The notes: generated by a model from the letters alone, not told the origin. A stretch of DNA of 63,984 nucleotides, filler included, from Octopus bimaculoides (GCF_001194135.2; 6 parts of 6 records of this genome joined end to end with filler, not necessarily neighbours in it); one strand, 5' to 3'. Positions 1 through 13,577 are shown, counted from the whole stretch's first letter. Translations and numbers: made by a program.

Positions 1-39
<39 letters not shown>

Positions 40-534
40 TGTATATAGGTATACATATATATATATATATATATTATATAATATAATGTGATAAATGCGA
101 AAACTAATTCCTGTGTAACAGTGTGTCTCACATTGACCCCTCTCTCACTATTCTATGGCACTTCTACTATTCCTCGTGCTAAGTTGAGGGTAATACTTGA
201 TGAGGACGGTGGCGAAGACAGAAAGAGAGAGAGAGAGAGAGAAGAAAAGAGAGGAATACAAAGAGACAGACAAAGGAATTTGGGAAGAGTTGATGATGTT
301 TCATTAAAAGTAGTAGTGTTGATGATGGAATTGGGAGTAATAATATGAGAGAGAGAAAGAGTGGGTATGTGAGTCAAAGAGACAGATGATATACAACTTT
401 GTTTAATAAAATCTCTTTCAAAGAAATTCCTGTGGACAACATACTGAACACTATCATCTTTGTTTTATTTTTTGCTTTCTTTAATATATATTTATTTATT
501 TATTTATTTATTTATTTATTCGTTCTTTTAAAGT

Positions 535-650
535 CAAGCCAGGCTCATGGGCCCGGTTTCCCGGTTTCTAATGCGTATGTGTTCCCCACCCCAGCTGGAC
601 GGGACGCCAGTCCATCGCAGCTTTACTCAAGAGACAGGAAGAAAGACTGA
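535..650 (-). mobile_element. 3' fragment of a tRNA-derived SINE (same family as 16931-17190)
   Basis: The reverse complement (ctggcgtcccgtccagctggggtggggaacacatacgc..gaaaccggg) matches the tail of the SINE at about 17130-17185. Confidence 0.6.
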
Positions 651-1987
651 GAGAAAGTTGGGGTAAAAGAGTACAACAGGAGTCGCCACCCCACCCCCTT
701 GCATGTATGTATGTATATGTATATACGTATATACTGAGTCACTGACTGAGATGCAAGTTTGTTTTATATATTCGTTTATTATGAAGCATAACCAGTTTCA
801 AATATGAAACTAATTAATTTTGCCTGAAAAGTTACCAGACTATCATAGAACAGACAGTGATTTTATGTATAAAATAACCTCTTCAAAAATCTTTGATAAA
901 CAATATGGAGTATGTACTCTTTTATGTTCTTTAAAAATTTCCTGAAGTTTTCTATGACGTGGTTATAGATCAATAAATGTGAATATCACAGGCATTTTAA
1001 GAATCTTTGAACAATTTACATCAGGCATTCCAGTTTCGCCATCTTTACTGATTATATGCAATAATGTGACCCGTAAGGAAGAATTATGTGATGCAAATAT
1101 TTGGTAGACTGAATACAAAACCATAGTTATCAACTTTCTTGTGCATGGATAACATTAGCGAAGTGTGTTAATTACTTAGATGTGTTAATGTCTTTTGTCT
1201 GATATTAATTAATATTAGTATCTCTTAAAGTGAGGAGTTGGTTTCTAATATTTTCAGAAGTATCTCAATAAAACCAATTACATTCTATATTTTATGCATT
1301 CCCGTAGTCTAGTCAAAAACTTCACTTTCCTGATTCTCAGCCCAGTAGAAATTGATATATTTGAGGGAAAAAAACAATATCAAATGAAAAGTATTTTTAT
1401 ATACGCATATTTGTTGTATCCGTGTACATGTGTTTGCTCTTTTCACATAATGGGCAATACAATTGTGCCTCATGGCATGTAATTGTAGACAACGATAGGT
1501 TCTTTTCTTAAATAATTACGTTTACTACATAATTTTGTTTACTAAAAATAATAATAGAAGCTGTAATGTAGAGACCGCTAATGCAACAGAACTTTAATCT
1601 TCAACGAATACTGTTTTCGTATATTTCAGAAATTTTACTAAGGAGAATAACTGATAGTTCTTGAGTATAGAATCTGAGAATGCTAGAATAAATTGCTCCT
1701 TTAATGTAAGATATGTTTAGTTTCAAAAATGTGAGTAGCGGTATGCGTGAAACTGTTCATATACCTAATAAAAATAAAGATTAAAACTACAAATATGTTG
1801 AAGAAATTGATCTTATTTCACTTGTTGACCTGAAGAAAAAATTTGTCATAGTTACAAGTGCAAACATTTTCATGGAACATATTTTTAACATAACTCTTAT
1901 AGGATTACTAAGGGGAAAAAAATCAGATAAACGACTGCATTAGATACATCGAATATTAAAAAAATAAATATAAGCACAACCTAGATA

Positions 1988-3450
1988 CAGCTTTGGCCAA
2001 AGTTATGGAGCATGTATGAAAAATATACAGAGAATGCTGGAAACTCTCTGAATAATTGAAGACAGTATAATAAACATTCTAGATTCTATCCCATCAAAAA
2101 TTAGTATTTGATGTGTTCTCCTTTGTTTTATAACCACTTTCATGCGTTTTCGCATCGTATATTTGAAAGTCGGCGCAAGTGGCTGGATCAAATTTCTGCT
2201 ACTCATTGCGCATTTATCCTATTTTTACAATGAATATTTTATTGATAACTTATCAGTGGTTAATATTTGTTGAAAATATCTCCGAAGAAACATATTCCTA
2301 AGGCTAAAAGGGCTTAAATCATTGCATTATCCAGTGAAAGATTCTCGCAAGTTGAAATTGCAAGAAAATTGAAATGCTTGAGAAAAGGTGTCCAATCAAC
2401 CATCAAAACGTACAATGAGGTCAATTGTTTTCAAAAACCATAATAGGTGAGGTGTCAAAACGTGTTTAACCACGAAGGAAGACAGGCTGCTGGCCGATAA
2501 GAAAAAATATCTTCTGACGCGGCTGCTGAGGTTCGGGTGGCAAAACAATAAACTTTTATGCATTCCTGTAGTCTCGTCAAAAACCTCACTTTCCTGATTC
2601 TCAGACCAGTAGAAGCAGTGAGAAGCTGGTCATTAGAAGCTGAGTTCAAACTATGTAAAGGCAGACAAAAGTCGTTGCTGTCTGGGGTGAATATCAAGAA
2701 GTGGTTGTCTTAGGCAAAAGAGCATGAAGATTGGACTGATGATGAATAGGCTAAAGTTGTTTGGTCTGATGATTGTAACTTTGAGGTAGGTATCCCATAT
2801 TTATTTCCACTACTTTAGTTGGCATAAATGAAATTCTTACACGTGTTAATAGTTTTAAATGGATGCCAAAAGTGATCAGTAATTTTTTCTACTCAGATCT
2901 TTAGAACCCCTGGAGCTGTTTATGTTCGCCATAAAGTTGGAAAGGCTTATCATCCTAGATGTGGGGTTTCAACAGCCAGATTTTTGGAGGAGGAAGCGTA
3001 ACAGTTTGGAGCTGAGTGTTGTCTTCATGTCCAGGAAAGTTGTTCACTTTTGAGGGAAGAATGAATTCCAACACTTACACCAGCATGTTAAATCAAGTGT
3101 ATCAACCTTCCTTAGCTAAAGTTTTCAATGAGAATGTACCAGATGACGTAATCTTTCAACAAGTCAGTTTTCCATACAACACATCCAGTCTCGATGGCGT
3201 GATTTGAGGAGAAAAGGATGAGGGTGAAGAAATGGCCACCTCAGTTTCCAGACCTCAATCCCATTGAACACTTATGGTCACGCTTAGGTACAAGAGTGAG
3301 GATGTAAAAATGTCCTTCAAAAAGCGAATTAGAAGCCGAAATTTATAAAGAGTGGCAGACAATTGTCCCAGCTGTTTTGCCGACTTAGTCTCAAGTATGC
3401 AATGATGCAAGGCATAAAAGAAGTTATAACGTATAAAAGATGACTATGAT
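1988..3450 (+). mobile_element. Decayed Tc1-family DNA transposon with an intron-containing transposase
   Basis: TA followed by CAGCTTTGGCCAAAGTTATGG (Tc1-like left end) at 1986-2008. Translated pieces: HTH SPKKHIPKAKRA*IIALSSERFSQVEIARKLK from 2279, LTTKEDRLL, AKEHEDWTDDE*AKVVWSDDCNFE, GGGSVTVW, IFQQ, KWPPQFPDLNPIEHLW (about 3230-3277). Contains stops and frameshifts; right TIR not found. Confidence 0.9.
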
Positions 3451-5853
3451 GCTGATGCTGATGGTTATGAGAAAGTCGAGTGATATTGTAATGAGGTTTA
3501 TTGAGATGATGGGATTAAGCAGGATGCCATTACTACGTGCAAATGAGTCTCTGATTTCAGAAAGTGTTAGTAGATCATAAAACCGTAGCATAATACATTT
3601 TATCCTCCCTGCAGATATTATAAATACATGGCAATAACTACAGGAGAGCAGTGTTTTAGTAACAATAAGCTATTTTAAAAGTAAATTAACAATAAATTCA
3701 ATCTCTGAACAAATTTGTAAATAGTTATTAGTTAGTTCTTTATGCCCACTTAATCTTATTCGCATGAATGTTATGTTTTTTTCTTCTCATATTTGCTTTT
3801 AACATGTTATACAACTGATGCAATGCTTCACTCTGTTCATTACTTCATTCCTAACTGTTCAAAATATTAAAGCTGTATGAGATATGCTTTCGAATAGGTT
3901 TTATGTATATATATCCTTGTACGCTATCTGAAAGTTTAGGAGAGGTATCGCCTACTGAATAATATAAACCATATGAACTATACGCATGTTCAGAAGTTAC
4001 AAATGTTAAGCAAAGGATTTTATCGGAATCAGCATCAAACAAATGCAGCAATTGTGTGATGGAATATTAGTTGTATTTAAGAGCACGGAATGCTATTATA
4101 TTCAATTTGCAGATATTTTTTTTAACAGAAAGCCGTTTTTTATGTAGTGTCCAAAAGTTTCTTATAGCGCTCCAAATCATGATTGATGGAATTGTGATTT
4201 AGGATTGTTTACAAGCTTCTATAACTCTATGTCTCCAAATAACTCATGAAGTATCACGACATATTTCCGACAATAGGTGTGTCTTATATGGCCGCACGCT
4301 CCAAATTTTCTAGCCTATACAATCTATTCCCTTTATGCGTTCATATAAATTTCTGGGTATTAAATCGGATGCTTGTAATTGTCAATCGGTCATGTAAATA
4401 ATCAAAACTCCAATTTTCATACGAGGTAATATTAGATTTATATTGACTCATACACTAGTCATGTATGCAAAAGTTTTGCACTAAAATGCAAATCTGCCGT
4501 TATTTTTTGCAACATTTTCTTGGATGCAGAGCGCAATACATTATAAAAAGCAGTCCTTAGATAAACACCTGCAAAGTGGTCCAATTTTATTCTCACCAAG
4601 ATATTACTATATCACTGTTTCCTTCGTTTCACAACCTGCAGTGAAAACTGTATATGACTACATCGCAGCATGTGACCAATTATTTAGCTATTTGAAGCAG
4701 GTTTTAACATTAAATCAAGAAAACAAATTTTATGTTTTGTGTGTGTGATTAAACGTCAAAAATGAATTGTTCACTGTTCAACAGTTGAATATAAACGTAC
4801 GCTTAATTGATTTTCAAATTCTATGCCAGGCAATGATTTAGAATTAATTCAAAACTACTAGTTCAAAACAATTATATCATCAAGCATATGGAATGTCATC
4901 ATATTAGAATTTACGAAATGAATTTAAACACAGACACACACGCATGTACATACACACACATACACACGCACATACACACATACATCATTCCACCCACACC
5001 CCATATGCTGTTGCTTCCTTCAATCTCAATAACTCCGAGTTCTCTTTTGATTTGTTTCTTTCCACGCCATTAACACCAAGTACGCAATCATTTGCTTTCG
5101 ATTCTTTCGAATCTGTCGTCTCTATATCCGTATTAATGCCATGATTCTATATCCCACATACACACAAAATTTCCAATGTGCTACCGAGCCGTTGTCCTTA
5201 TTTAGAACTATCATGTCCCACTTATTTCTTCTTTCTGGGAAGAACTGCGAAGTAATGTGAAGAACTATTAATTGCAAAAAATTTACAGGTAATATTCTTT
5301 GCGCATTTCCGTCACGTAATCACATATGAGAATATCGATTATAGGCAACTAACTTCACACCCATATTCATGCAATGTTAATTATGATATAATNNNNNNNN
5401 NNNNNNNNNNNNNNNNNNNNNNNNNNNNNNNNNNNNNNNNNNNNNNNNNNNNNNNNNNNNNNNNNNNNNNNNNNNNNNNNNNNNNNNNNNNNNNNNNNNN
5501 NNNNNNNNNNNNNNNNNNNNNNNNNNNNNNNNNNNNNNNNNNNNNNNNNNNNNNNNNNNNNNNNNNNNNNNNNNNNNNNNNNNNNNNNNNNNNNNNNNNN
5601 NNNNNNNNNNNNNNNNNNNNNNNNNNNNNNNNNNNNNNNNNNNNNNNNNNNNNNNNNNNNNNNNNNNNNNNNNNNNNNNNNNNNNNNNNNNNNNNNNNNN
5701 NNNNNNNNNNNNNNNNNNNNNNNNNNNNNNNNNNNNNNNNNNNNNNNNNNNNNNNNNNNNNNNNNNNNNNNNNNNNNNNNNNNNNNNNNNNNNNNNNNNN
5801 NNNNNNNNNNNNNNNNNNNNNNNNNNNNNNNNNNNNNNNNNNNNNNNNNNNNN

Positions 5854-7290
5854 CTCTAAATACCTGAACCGTGTTCTTTCCCCCTAGTGGCTTCCCTCCC
5901 TTCACACATCCACGAAACTAACCATACTCTTCATCTTTTCAACTCTTTCTCCTTCTCTCCTGGCCCCTCTAAAATTCTCTTCAATCTTGATATCAAGAGA
6001 CTATATGCGGTGATCCTAAAGTACGAAGGACTCCTTGCCCTCAAACACTACCTAGACCTTCGACCAAACCCCCAACCTGACACGTCCACACTTCTTCGTC
6101 TGGCCGAACTTGTTCTCTCTCTCTCTCTCAACTGCTTCGTGTTATCCACCATTGTTCGGGATTCGCCATGGGAACGAGAATGGGCCCCAACTATGCACAC
6201 CTATTCGTTGGCTATGTTGAGGCCCAAATATTTTCAAGATTCACTGATCCCACTCCCGAAATATATGGTCCTTATATTGATGAATGAATAAGCAAGACCT
6301 CGCTGTCCCACAAGCAACTAGACTCCTTCTCTCTTGTGCAATCTTTCCATCTAGTCCTCGAATTATCCTGCATCATTTCCAACACTTCTGTCACCTTTCT
6401 TGACATTTCGGTCAAGATACACCACTCCACTCTCACCACCTCCATCCACTACAAACACACCAACTCACACTCATGCACCAACTTCTATTCCTTCTCGCAG
6501 TCTACCAACACCAAGCTCTCTATCCCCTCACCACTATCCACACCGTCCTTGCCAGAGCCTCTGCTCTCTCTCTCCGTATCCACCCCACCGGTACCCTTTC
6601 CTGTTTCTTCTCCCCTACCACCCTTCCAACCTGCCTCTCCAACGCACCAGTCTCCGAGCCTTCCGGTGACACCAGTCCGACCACCCCACTTCGGACATCT
6701 TCACCAACCTATTCTTCCTCTCCTTCAAACGAGCCTACAACCCATGTGACTTCTTGATCTGCGGTTTCTTCTTTTACTCCACATCCCAACCTGGCTCGTT
6801 ACTCTGCTCCCGCTCACGCTGCCGCACTTGCCCCTACCTCTCAAATATCACCATCCTCACAGGCACCCATCACCTATGGTAGTGACCTCCCATATCATTC
6901 TGTCTCACAACTGCTTCGTGTTAGCAGCCGAGTTTTACCATACATACGTCATTTACTACATCTCCTGTCCTTTCTGTCCTTCTCTGTACATTGGTCAAAC
7001 GGGATGCCACTTGGCTGTCCAGTTCGTGGAACACCTCCGAGATATTAAAGTCGGCAACGACACCTCGGTCTCCCACCACTTCCTCTCTACCGGTCATTCA
7101 TTACAACACCTGTCTGTGTTTGGATTGTCTTTGCACAGAGGTCATCTGGACCCCAACCTTCACCTTGAACAGGAATTAATTTTCTCTCTTTGCTCTTTTG
7201 CGCCACATAGGCTCAATTCCCCTACCCCTTCATCTTACTCCCCTACTCTCTCACTTTATCATCTGACACCTATTTCCTCTCTTCACTCAT
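5854..7290 (+). mobile_element. Penelope-like retroelement relic (RT + Cys motif + GIY-YIG endonuclease), Neptune-like
   Basis: RT motifs LFNLDIKRLY, GFAMGTRMGPNYAHLFVGYVE, YIDE (6273-6284) and VTFLDISV; linker CSRSRCRTCP (about 6805-6835); GIY-YIG VIYYISCPFCPSLYIGQTG...EHLRDI...HF...EQELIF...LN. Frameshifted; 5' part lost in the gap. Confidence 0.9.
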
Positions 7291-10200
7291 GACAACCTTC
7301 TCCTTTAGTCGTTGCCCTCTCCATCCACATCACAACCCTACACATCCCAAACCTACACATCCCAACCTACCATCCCAACACATGCAAACCACAATACCCC
7401 AACCCCCAAAATGGCACTCCCACATGTTTCCCACCGACATATCCCACTCCCACATACCTCACCCGTTACCAACATCCTCACTCAAAACTGAAACTCCATC
7501 CTCACATCCCCACACAAAACACTCGCCTCCCAATACCCCAACACCACCACCGCACACCACAGACCAGAATACCACATCATGCGACATCATACCACATACC
7601 AACACAACACACTACCACACCGCAATACATCAACGCTCCAACACCATACCACCCCACCACAACACAATACACATCACCCACCACCACACCACATCACATC
7701 ACCCCGCACACTAGCACTGACCATTTCCCAGCACCCACACCATCATCTACACACCCACACATTACAGACGCACACACTTACAAACACACACATCTACACG
7801 TCAATGTCACCAGCCATTATTCACATGCAGGCAATTATATACTATTACATACACACGAACGCGCACCTTTGTTTGGGATCACGAATAATTTATTATTTCC
7901 CCTTCTTNNNNNNNNNNNNNNNNNNNNNNNNNNNNNNNNNNNNNNNNNNNNNNNNNNNNNNNNNNNNNNNNNNNNNNNNNNNNNNNNNNNNNNNNNNNNN
8001 NNNNNNNNNNNNNNNNNNNNNNNNNNNNNNNNNNNNNNNNNNNNNNNNNNNNNNNNNNNNNNNNNNNNNNNNNNNNNNNNNNNNNNNNNNNNNNNNNNNN
8101 NNNNNNNNNNNNNNNNNNNNNNNNNNNNNNNNNNNNNNNNNNNNNNNNNNNNNNNNNNNNNNNNNNNNNNNNNNNNNNNNNNNNNNNNNNNNNNNNNNNN
8201 NNNNNNNNNNNNNNNNNNNNNNNNNNNNNNNNNNNNNNNNNNNNNNNNNNNNNNNNNNNNNNNNNNNNNNNNNNNNNNNNNNNNNNNNNNNNNNNNNNNN
8301 NNNNNNNNNNNNNNNNNNNNNNNNNNNNNNNNNNNNNNNNNNNNNNNNNNNNNNNNNNNNNNNNNNNNNNNNNNNNNNNNNNNNNNNNNNNNNNNNNNNN
8401 NNNNNNNNNNNNNNNNNNNNNNNNNNNNNNNNNNNNNNNNNNNNNNNNNNNNNNNNNNNNNNNNNNNNNNNNNNNNNNNNNNNNNNNNNNNNNNNNNNNN
8501 NNNNNNNNNNNNNNNNNNNNNNNNNNNNNNNNNNNNNNNNNNNNNNNNNNNNNNNNNNNNNNNNNNNNNNNNNNNNNNNNNNNNNNNNNNNNNNNNNNNN
8601 NNNNNNNNNNNNNNNNNNNNNNNNNNNNNNNNNNNNNNNNNNNNNNNNNNNNNNNNNNNNNNNNNNNNNNNNNNNNNNNNNNNNNNNNNNNNNNNNNNNN
8701 NNNNNNNNNNNNNNNNNNNNNNNNNNNNNNNNNNNNNNNNNNNNNNNNNNNNNNNNNNNNNNNNNNNNNNNNNNNNNNNNNNNNNNNNNNNNNNNNNNNN
8801 NNNNNNNNNNNNNNNNNNNNNNNNNNNNTTTTTACCAACAGGTAGATTTAGGACATATTCTCTTACACCTAAGATGCAACCAGCCCGCGATCTAACAACA
8901 CCCATACATTGTGTATCTTTGTTCAATTTAGTTTATATAGCTCGAACTGCTTGTAATTCATAATGTTTATACATGTATATGTGTGCGTGCGCGAGTGTGT
9001 GTGTGTTTGTGTGTGAGTGTGTGTTTGTGTATTTCTCATTTTCTCCGCTGTGTGTGTGTGTATTTCTCATTTTCTATAGTGGCTATCCATGCATGCATAC
9101 ATACATACATGCATACAAATGACCTAAATCAGGTTGTTACAGTGGAAATAAATTTAAATAGAACTTGTCTTTGTCTTTTGAGCAATACATTTAAAACGGT
9201 TATTCTGGCCTATTACAAGGCTGCTTCGCTCCCTTATGAGAATAAGCATCTAACATAGTTTGATCTATTACATAGTTAGATAGAAAAGTCCTTGTGAGAT
9301 GAGTGAATTGTTATTCTAATTTTTATCAATTGCATTCAATTACGTCAAATTCAAAACGAAACTGAAATAGGTGAGAACACATTCACTGGTAACAAATACA
9401 AAATAGACCAGACAATTTTATAAACTTTCCATTGCCTTACATTTCAGCTTACAATCAGTATATTTTTGAAGTACGGATCGTTTTATCTAATCAGAAGATA
9501 TCTCATGAAATGTAATATATTACGTAAATTTTTAGACAAGATTAATAGAATTACTACGTTTCAACCAGTCTTTTTATCATCGCATAAGAAAAAAAGAACT
9601 TTATTTTGCTTTATGTTTATTTTTTTGTTTTTCTTTTTTTTTTATATCATCCTTAATATGTATCGCGGAGATGATAGCAATTNNNNNNNNNNNNNNNNNN
9701 NNNNNNNNNNNNNNNNNNNNNNNNNNNNNNNNNNNNNNNNNNNNNNNNNNNNNNNNNNNNNNNNNNNNNNNNNNNNNNNNNNNNNNNNNNNNNNNNNNNN
9801 NNNNNNNNNNNNNNNNNNNNNNNNNNNNNNNNNNNNNNNNNNNNNNNNNNNNNNNNNNNNNNNNNNNNNNNNNNNNNNNNNNNNNNNNNNNNNNNNNNNN
9901 NNNNNNNNNNNNNNNNNNNNNNNNNNNNNNNNNNNNNNNNNNNNNNNNNNNNNNNNNNNNNNNNNNNNNNNNNNNNNNNNNNNNNNNNNNNNNNNNNNNN
10001 NNNNNNNNNNNNNNNNNNNNNNNNNNNNNNNNNNNNNNNNNNNNNNNNNNNNNNNNNNNNNNNNNNNNNNNNNNNNNNNNNNNNNNNNNNNNNNNNNNNN
10101 NNNNNNNNNNNNNNNNNNNNNNNNNNNNNNNNNNNNNNNNNNNTATATATATATATTTGTATGTATGTATTATGTATGTATGTATCTATGTATGTATGTA

Positions 10201-10809
10201 TGAATATGCATTTATATCGAATTTCTCTGAGTAAAATCCTATGGTGCGTTTTTAGTAATCTATCTTCAGCTGTCATCCGATATTCCAGTTTATTTCTTGG
10301 CTATTTAGAATGTAATGGACAATATAAAAATGAGGAGAATGAGGAATTTTGAACATGCAAATTTTATGTTTATTGTAAAGAATAAAAAGTTTTGAATGGT
10401 ACAACAATGCACTATAATAAAAAATGGACTATATACTTGTTGTAATTTAGTTATCCATAGTCCGATGATATTTCGGAATACAATTCCTTCTTCAGATATT
10501 CTTAGATGGACTCGCTGCTATAATCTGTTTTTCAACGGCTTTTCTTTTTTCGGAAGTGTCTCAGCAGTGGTCACACGAAGCTCCTTCCGGAATTCCTCAT
10601 GAGAAGTGCGTGAGGTCGGCTATGTCTCAATCTCGTGTGTATTGGAACATCTATAGCGCTGCTTCTAAGTTATGTATTATACGTGCAGCTTCCTTTTTTC
10701 CCCTTTTATTCCTGTTCTCTTTTTTTTTTTGTTATAAACAATAGATGAGCATATCAAAAAGGAACCTACTTCCATCCAGATGTAGCTAAATATTATATTC
10801 ATTACCAAC

Positions 10810-11130
10810 CTCCAGCCTGTTGTTAATTTGGGGTCCTAGTCTGTGTATGATTATAGCTTCCTTAATTCTTAAATTACCTAAATTTCTTTCATTGGCCTCA
10901 ATTGTTAGGCTTTTGTCAGTGTTCCGGCATCAGTCTAGATGTTTTCTGAAGGAGGAGGCTCTCGTATTTAGATGTTCTTTGATGCGGACGTGTAACGGCC
11001 TTGTTGGGCTACCTACATAGAACTTGTTACATTTGTTACATTCTATTCTATACACAAAATTTACCCGTTGGCATAAATCTGTGTCACGGATGGGATAATT
11101 TGTGAGTGGACAATTGCTAATCGGTAAGAA
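10810..11130 (-). mobile_element. Penelope-like GIY-YIG endonuclease fragment (second subtype)
   Basis: Minus strand reads NFVYRIECNKCNKFYVGSPTRPLHVRIKEHLNTRASSFRKHL...LRIKEAIIIHRLGPQINNRLE. Confidence 0.8.
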
Positions 11131-11359
11131 ACACGTGGTTATTAAAAAAGAAATATTCAGTTATATTTTTAATTCTTCTGACATATTTTTTATTTATATG
11201 TTTTAAAGTGCTTCTAGGTTAAAATATATATAATATAATCCTAAAAATCAAAATTTAATTCTTATATTCTGAATATGCGTCTTAATATTATAGTTAATAT
11301 ATTTAGGTTTCGAGAGAAGGTTTATGGATATTATTTAAATTAAAGCATTCTATTATTAA

Positions 11360-13045
11360 AATTTTAATAAGAAAGTGATTTGTGTAAACAACTAAAACTT
11401 TTCTTGTCTAGTGTTAACTAAGTTATGTTCCGAAGTAAATATTTAGTATAATTCGCCGTTGATATAAATTTTCTCCCCACTTTTATAAAGTTTAGCAGTA
11501 CTAATGATTTCCCATTTTAATGAATATTGAATTTTTTATTCTTCACATAGCATATGAGTTTACTAAGACCTGATGAAAATGTTTGGTATTATTTCTAAAC
11601 GAAATTTCATGATTTGCTATATTTTGTTTTAAAAAGCAAGAAGTAGCACATCAATAGTAATATTTATTTTTATCAGTGATGACTATACACTTCTAGACAG
11701 TATTTCTTACTTTACAGTTATTTTAAAATTTACATTGCGTTCTCCTAGCGCACTCACATTTTCCGTGTATAGAGTTATCTACATTTTGTTATAGATTCAA
11801 TAATATTTGTGTTTGCTGATTATCTATTTTATTTCTGTTATAAAAGTCAGTGTTCTTTTTAGTTACCATGTATGATTGTTTATTAGTTATAGAATCTATA
11901 GAATTGTTTACATGAATGCTTTCCCTTTGATCATTATTTATTTTCTTAGTACTGTTTTCAATAGAGTTTGAATTAATGATCTTGTCGCCGTTTTTAAAAT
12001 TAGCCGTATCATATCATAATTATATTTAATTTGGTTTTCATTATTATTTACCTTATTAATGTCATTTTTCTGTTCTTTCCTAATTCGTTTGGCGTTGTAG
12101 GTAGCTATAAATTGAGTTAAATTTTTAGAGTTCAAAAATGCGATTCTCATTTTTCGTTTATTAAATAAACGTTATTCAGTGTTTCGTAGAACATTCAAGG
12201 TATTTTGTTTTTATTTAACTTGCTTAGCATAAGCGGATTATCTTTAGAAACGTTTCTTAAATTATGGCTTAGATTGCAATTATTGTTTAAGGTCGGAGTG
12301 AACATTTTACTTTTCGTTGTATTAAATTTTTTGTGTTTAATGATATTGTTTTTAATTATATTGTTTCATTATATTGTTTTAGTAGTTCATTTAGGTCGGG
12401 TGTTAAAGTCGCTGTTATAGCTTTTAGCATTATTAGAATGTATTTTTTAATCATTTGTCAGATTGTTATGCTTGTTATACATTTGTCTCCTGTTATTATG
12501 ATTATAGTTTTTATTTATGTTTATTACAATGCTTATCTGCATCTTTATTTCTAATTCTTACATCGACAATAGTTTTATTTCTCTGGTATTAAGTTTTGTT
12601 ATAGGAATTATCTATCCTAGTATTATCATTGGTTCCCTGGTTAATTTGGGCCGTATTATGTTTATTTTCAATGCTATTAGTTTTACAAAATTTCAATTTT
12701 TTCCGATAACCCATTTTTCTAGAGCTTAATTGAAATAATCCATATTTAGTTTACAAATTTCTTCATTATCAGAGGGATTGGAGATTCGGGTTGAGATATT
12801 TTCTACTAATTTGTGCGTTATGTTAGGCGGATGGTCAGTATTTACGTTTATATATCTGGGGTTTTCGTTTCGTTTGCGGTAAGGTTGGTAAGTATTTGCT
12901 TTAAGATCTAGTACTATATCTAGGAACTTTACTACCAATCATTCTCCTTTTCAATTAATATGCTAAAAGCTAAATTTTTGAAGAATGTGAAGAATTTCTC
13001 GGTATTTTTCTAAATCTCTATTTGAAGCATTATTCTGTGGGAATA
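11360..13045 (-). mobile_element. Penelope-like retroelement relic (RT C-terminus to GIY-YIG)
   Basis: VVKFLDIVLDLKANTYQPYRKRNENPRYIN...DHPPNI (12726-12938), then CECARRTQCKF*NNC..NTV*KC...YYY*CATS, NHEISF, SGLSKLI, KWEII and NTRQE..SC.HK. These are typical PLE motifs; many stops. Confidence 0.8.
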
Positions 13046-13235
13046 GTGCACCGCCTCTATATAGATGTCCTCTACTTCTCATGAACTAGACCATGGTTTT
13101 AGTCTAATGGTGTTCACATACACACACACGCACATACACATACATACACACACACGCACATACACATACATACACACACATACACCTATATNNNNNNNNN
13201 NNNNNNNNNNNNNNNNNNNNNNNNNNNNNNNNNNN

Positions 13236-13247
13236 TTAATTAATTAA
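13236..13247. other. Artificial scaffold spacer TTAATTAATTAA flanked by N runs (also 23221, 41948, 58231, 62881)
   Basis: The identical 12-mer is embedded in N runs five times (44 N on each side, counted at 13236) and carries stops in all frames, so it is an assembly marker. Confidence 0.95.
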
Positions 13248-13523
13248 NNNNNNNNNNNNNNNNNNNNNNNNNNNNNNNNNNNNNNNNNNNNTGATTAAAG
13301 TTAGTAGTAAAACGAAGGTCACTTGAAATGGTGCGCACACAAACAAAAAGAAAGAAAGAAAATCGGGGATAGGCGTTAGTAAGAATGTTAAAAGTCTTTA
13401 ATTGTTGGTTGCAAGCGACAAAATCGTACAGAGAATGGATATATGAAAATTACGACACCAGCGGCCGGGCGTATTAGAATGTTAATTCTATTATATAATT
13501 TCATACACGCATACACATACACA

Positions 13524-13577
<54 letters not shown>

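Noticed and set aside
11640-11760. In-frame TGA as selenocysteine in the Penelope endonuclease
   Set aside because: The TGA falls at the Gly of the YIG motif, the copy also has TAA/TAG stops, and no SECIS was recognised; this is simple decay.
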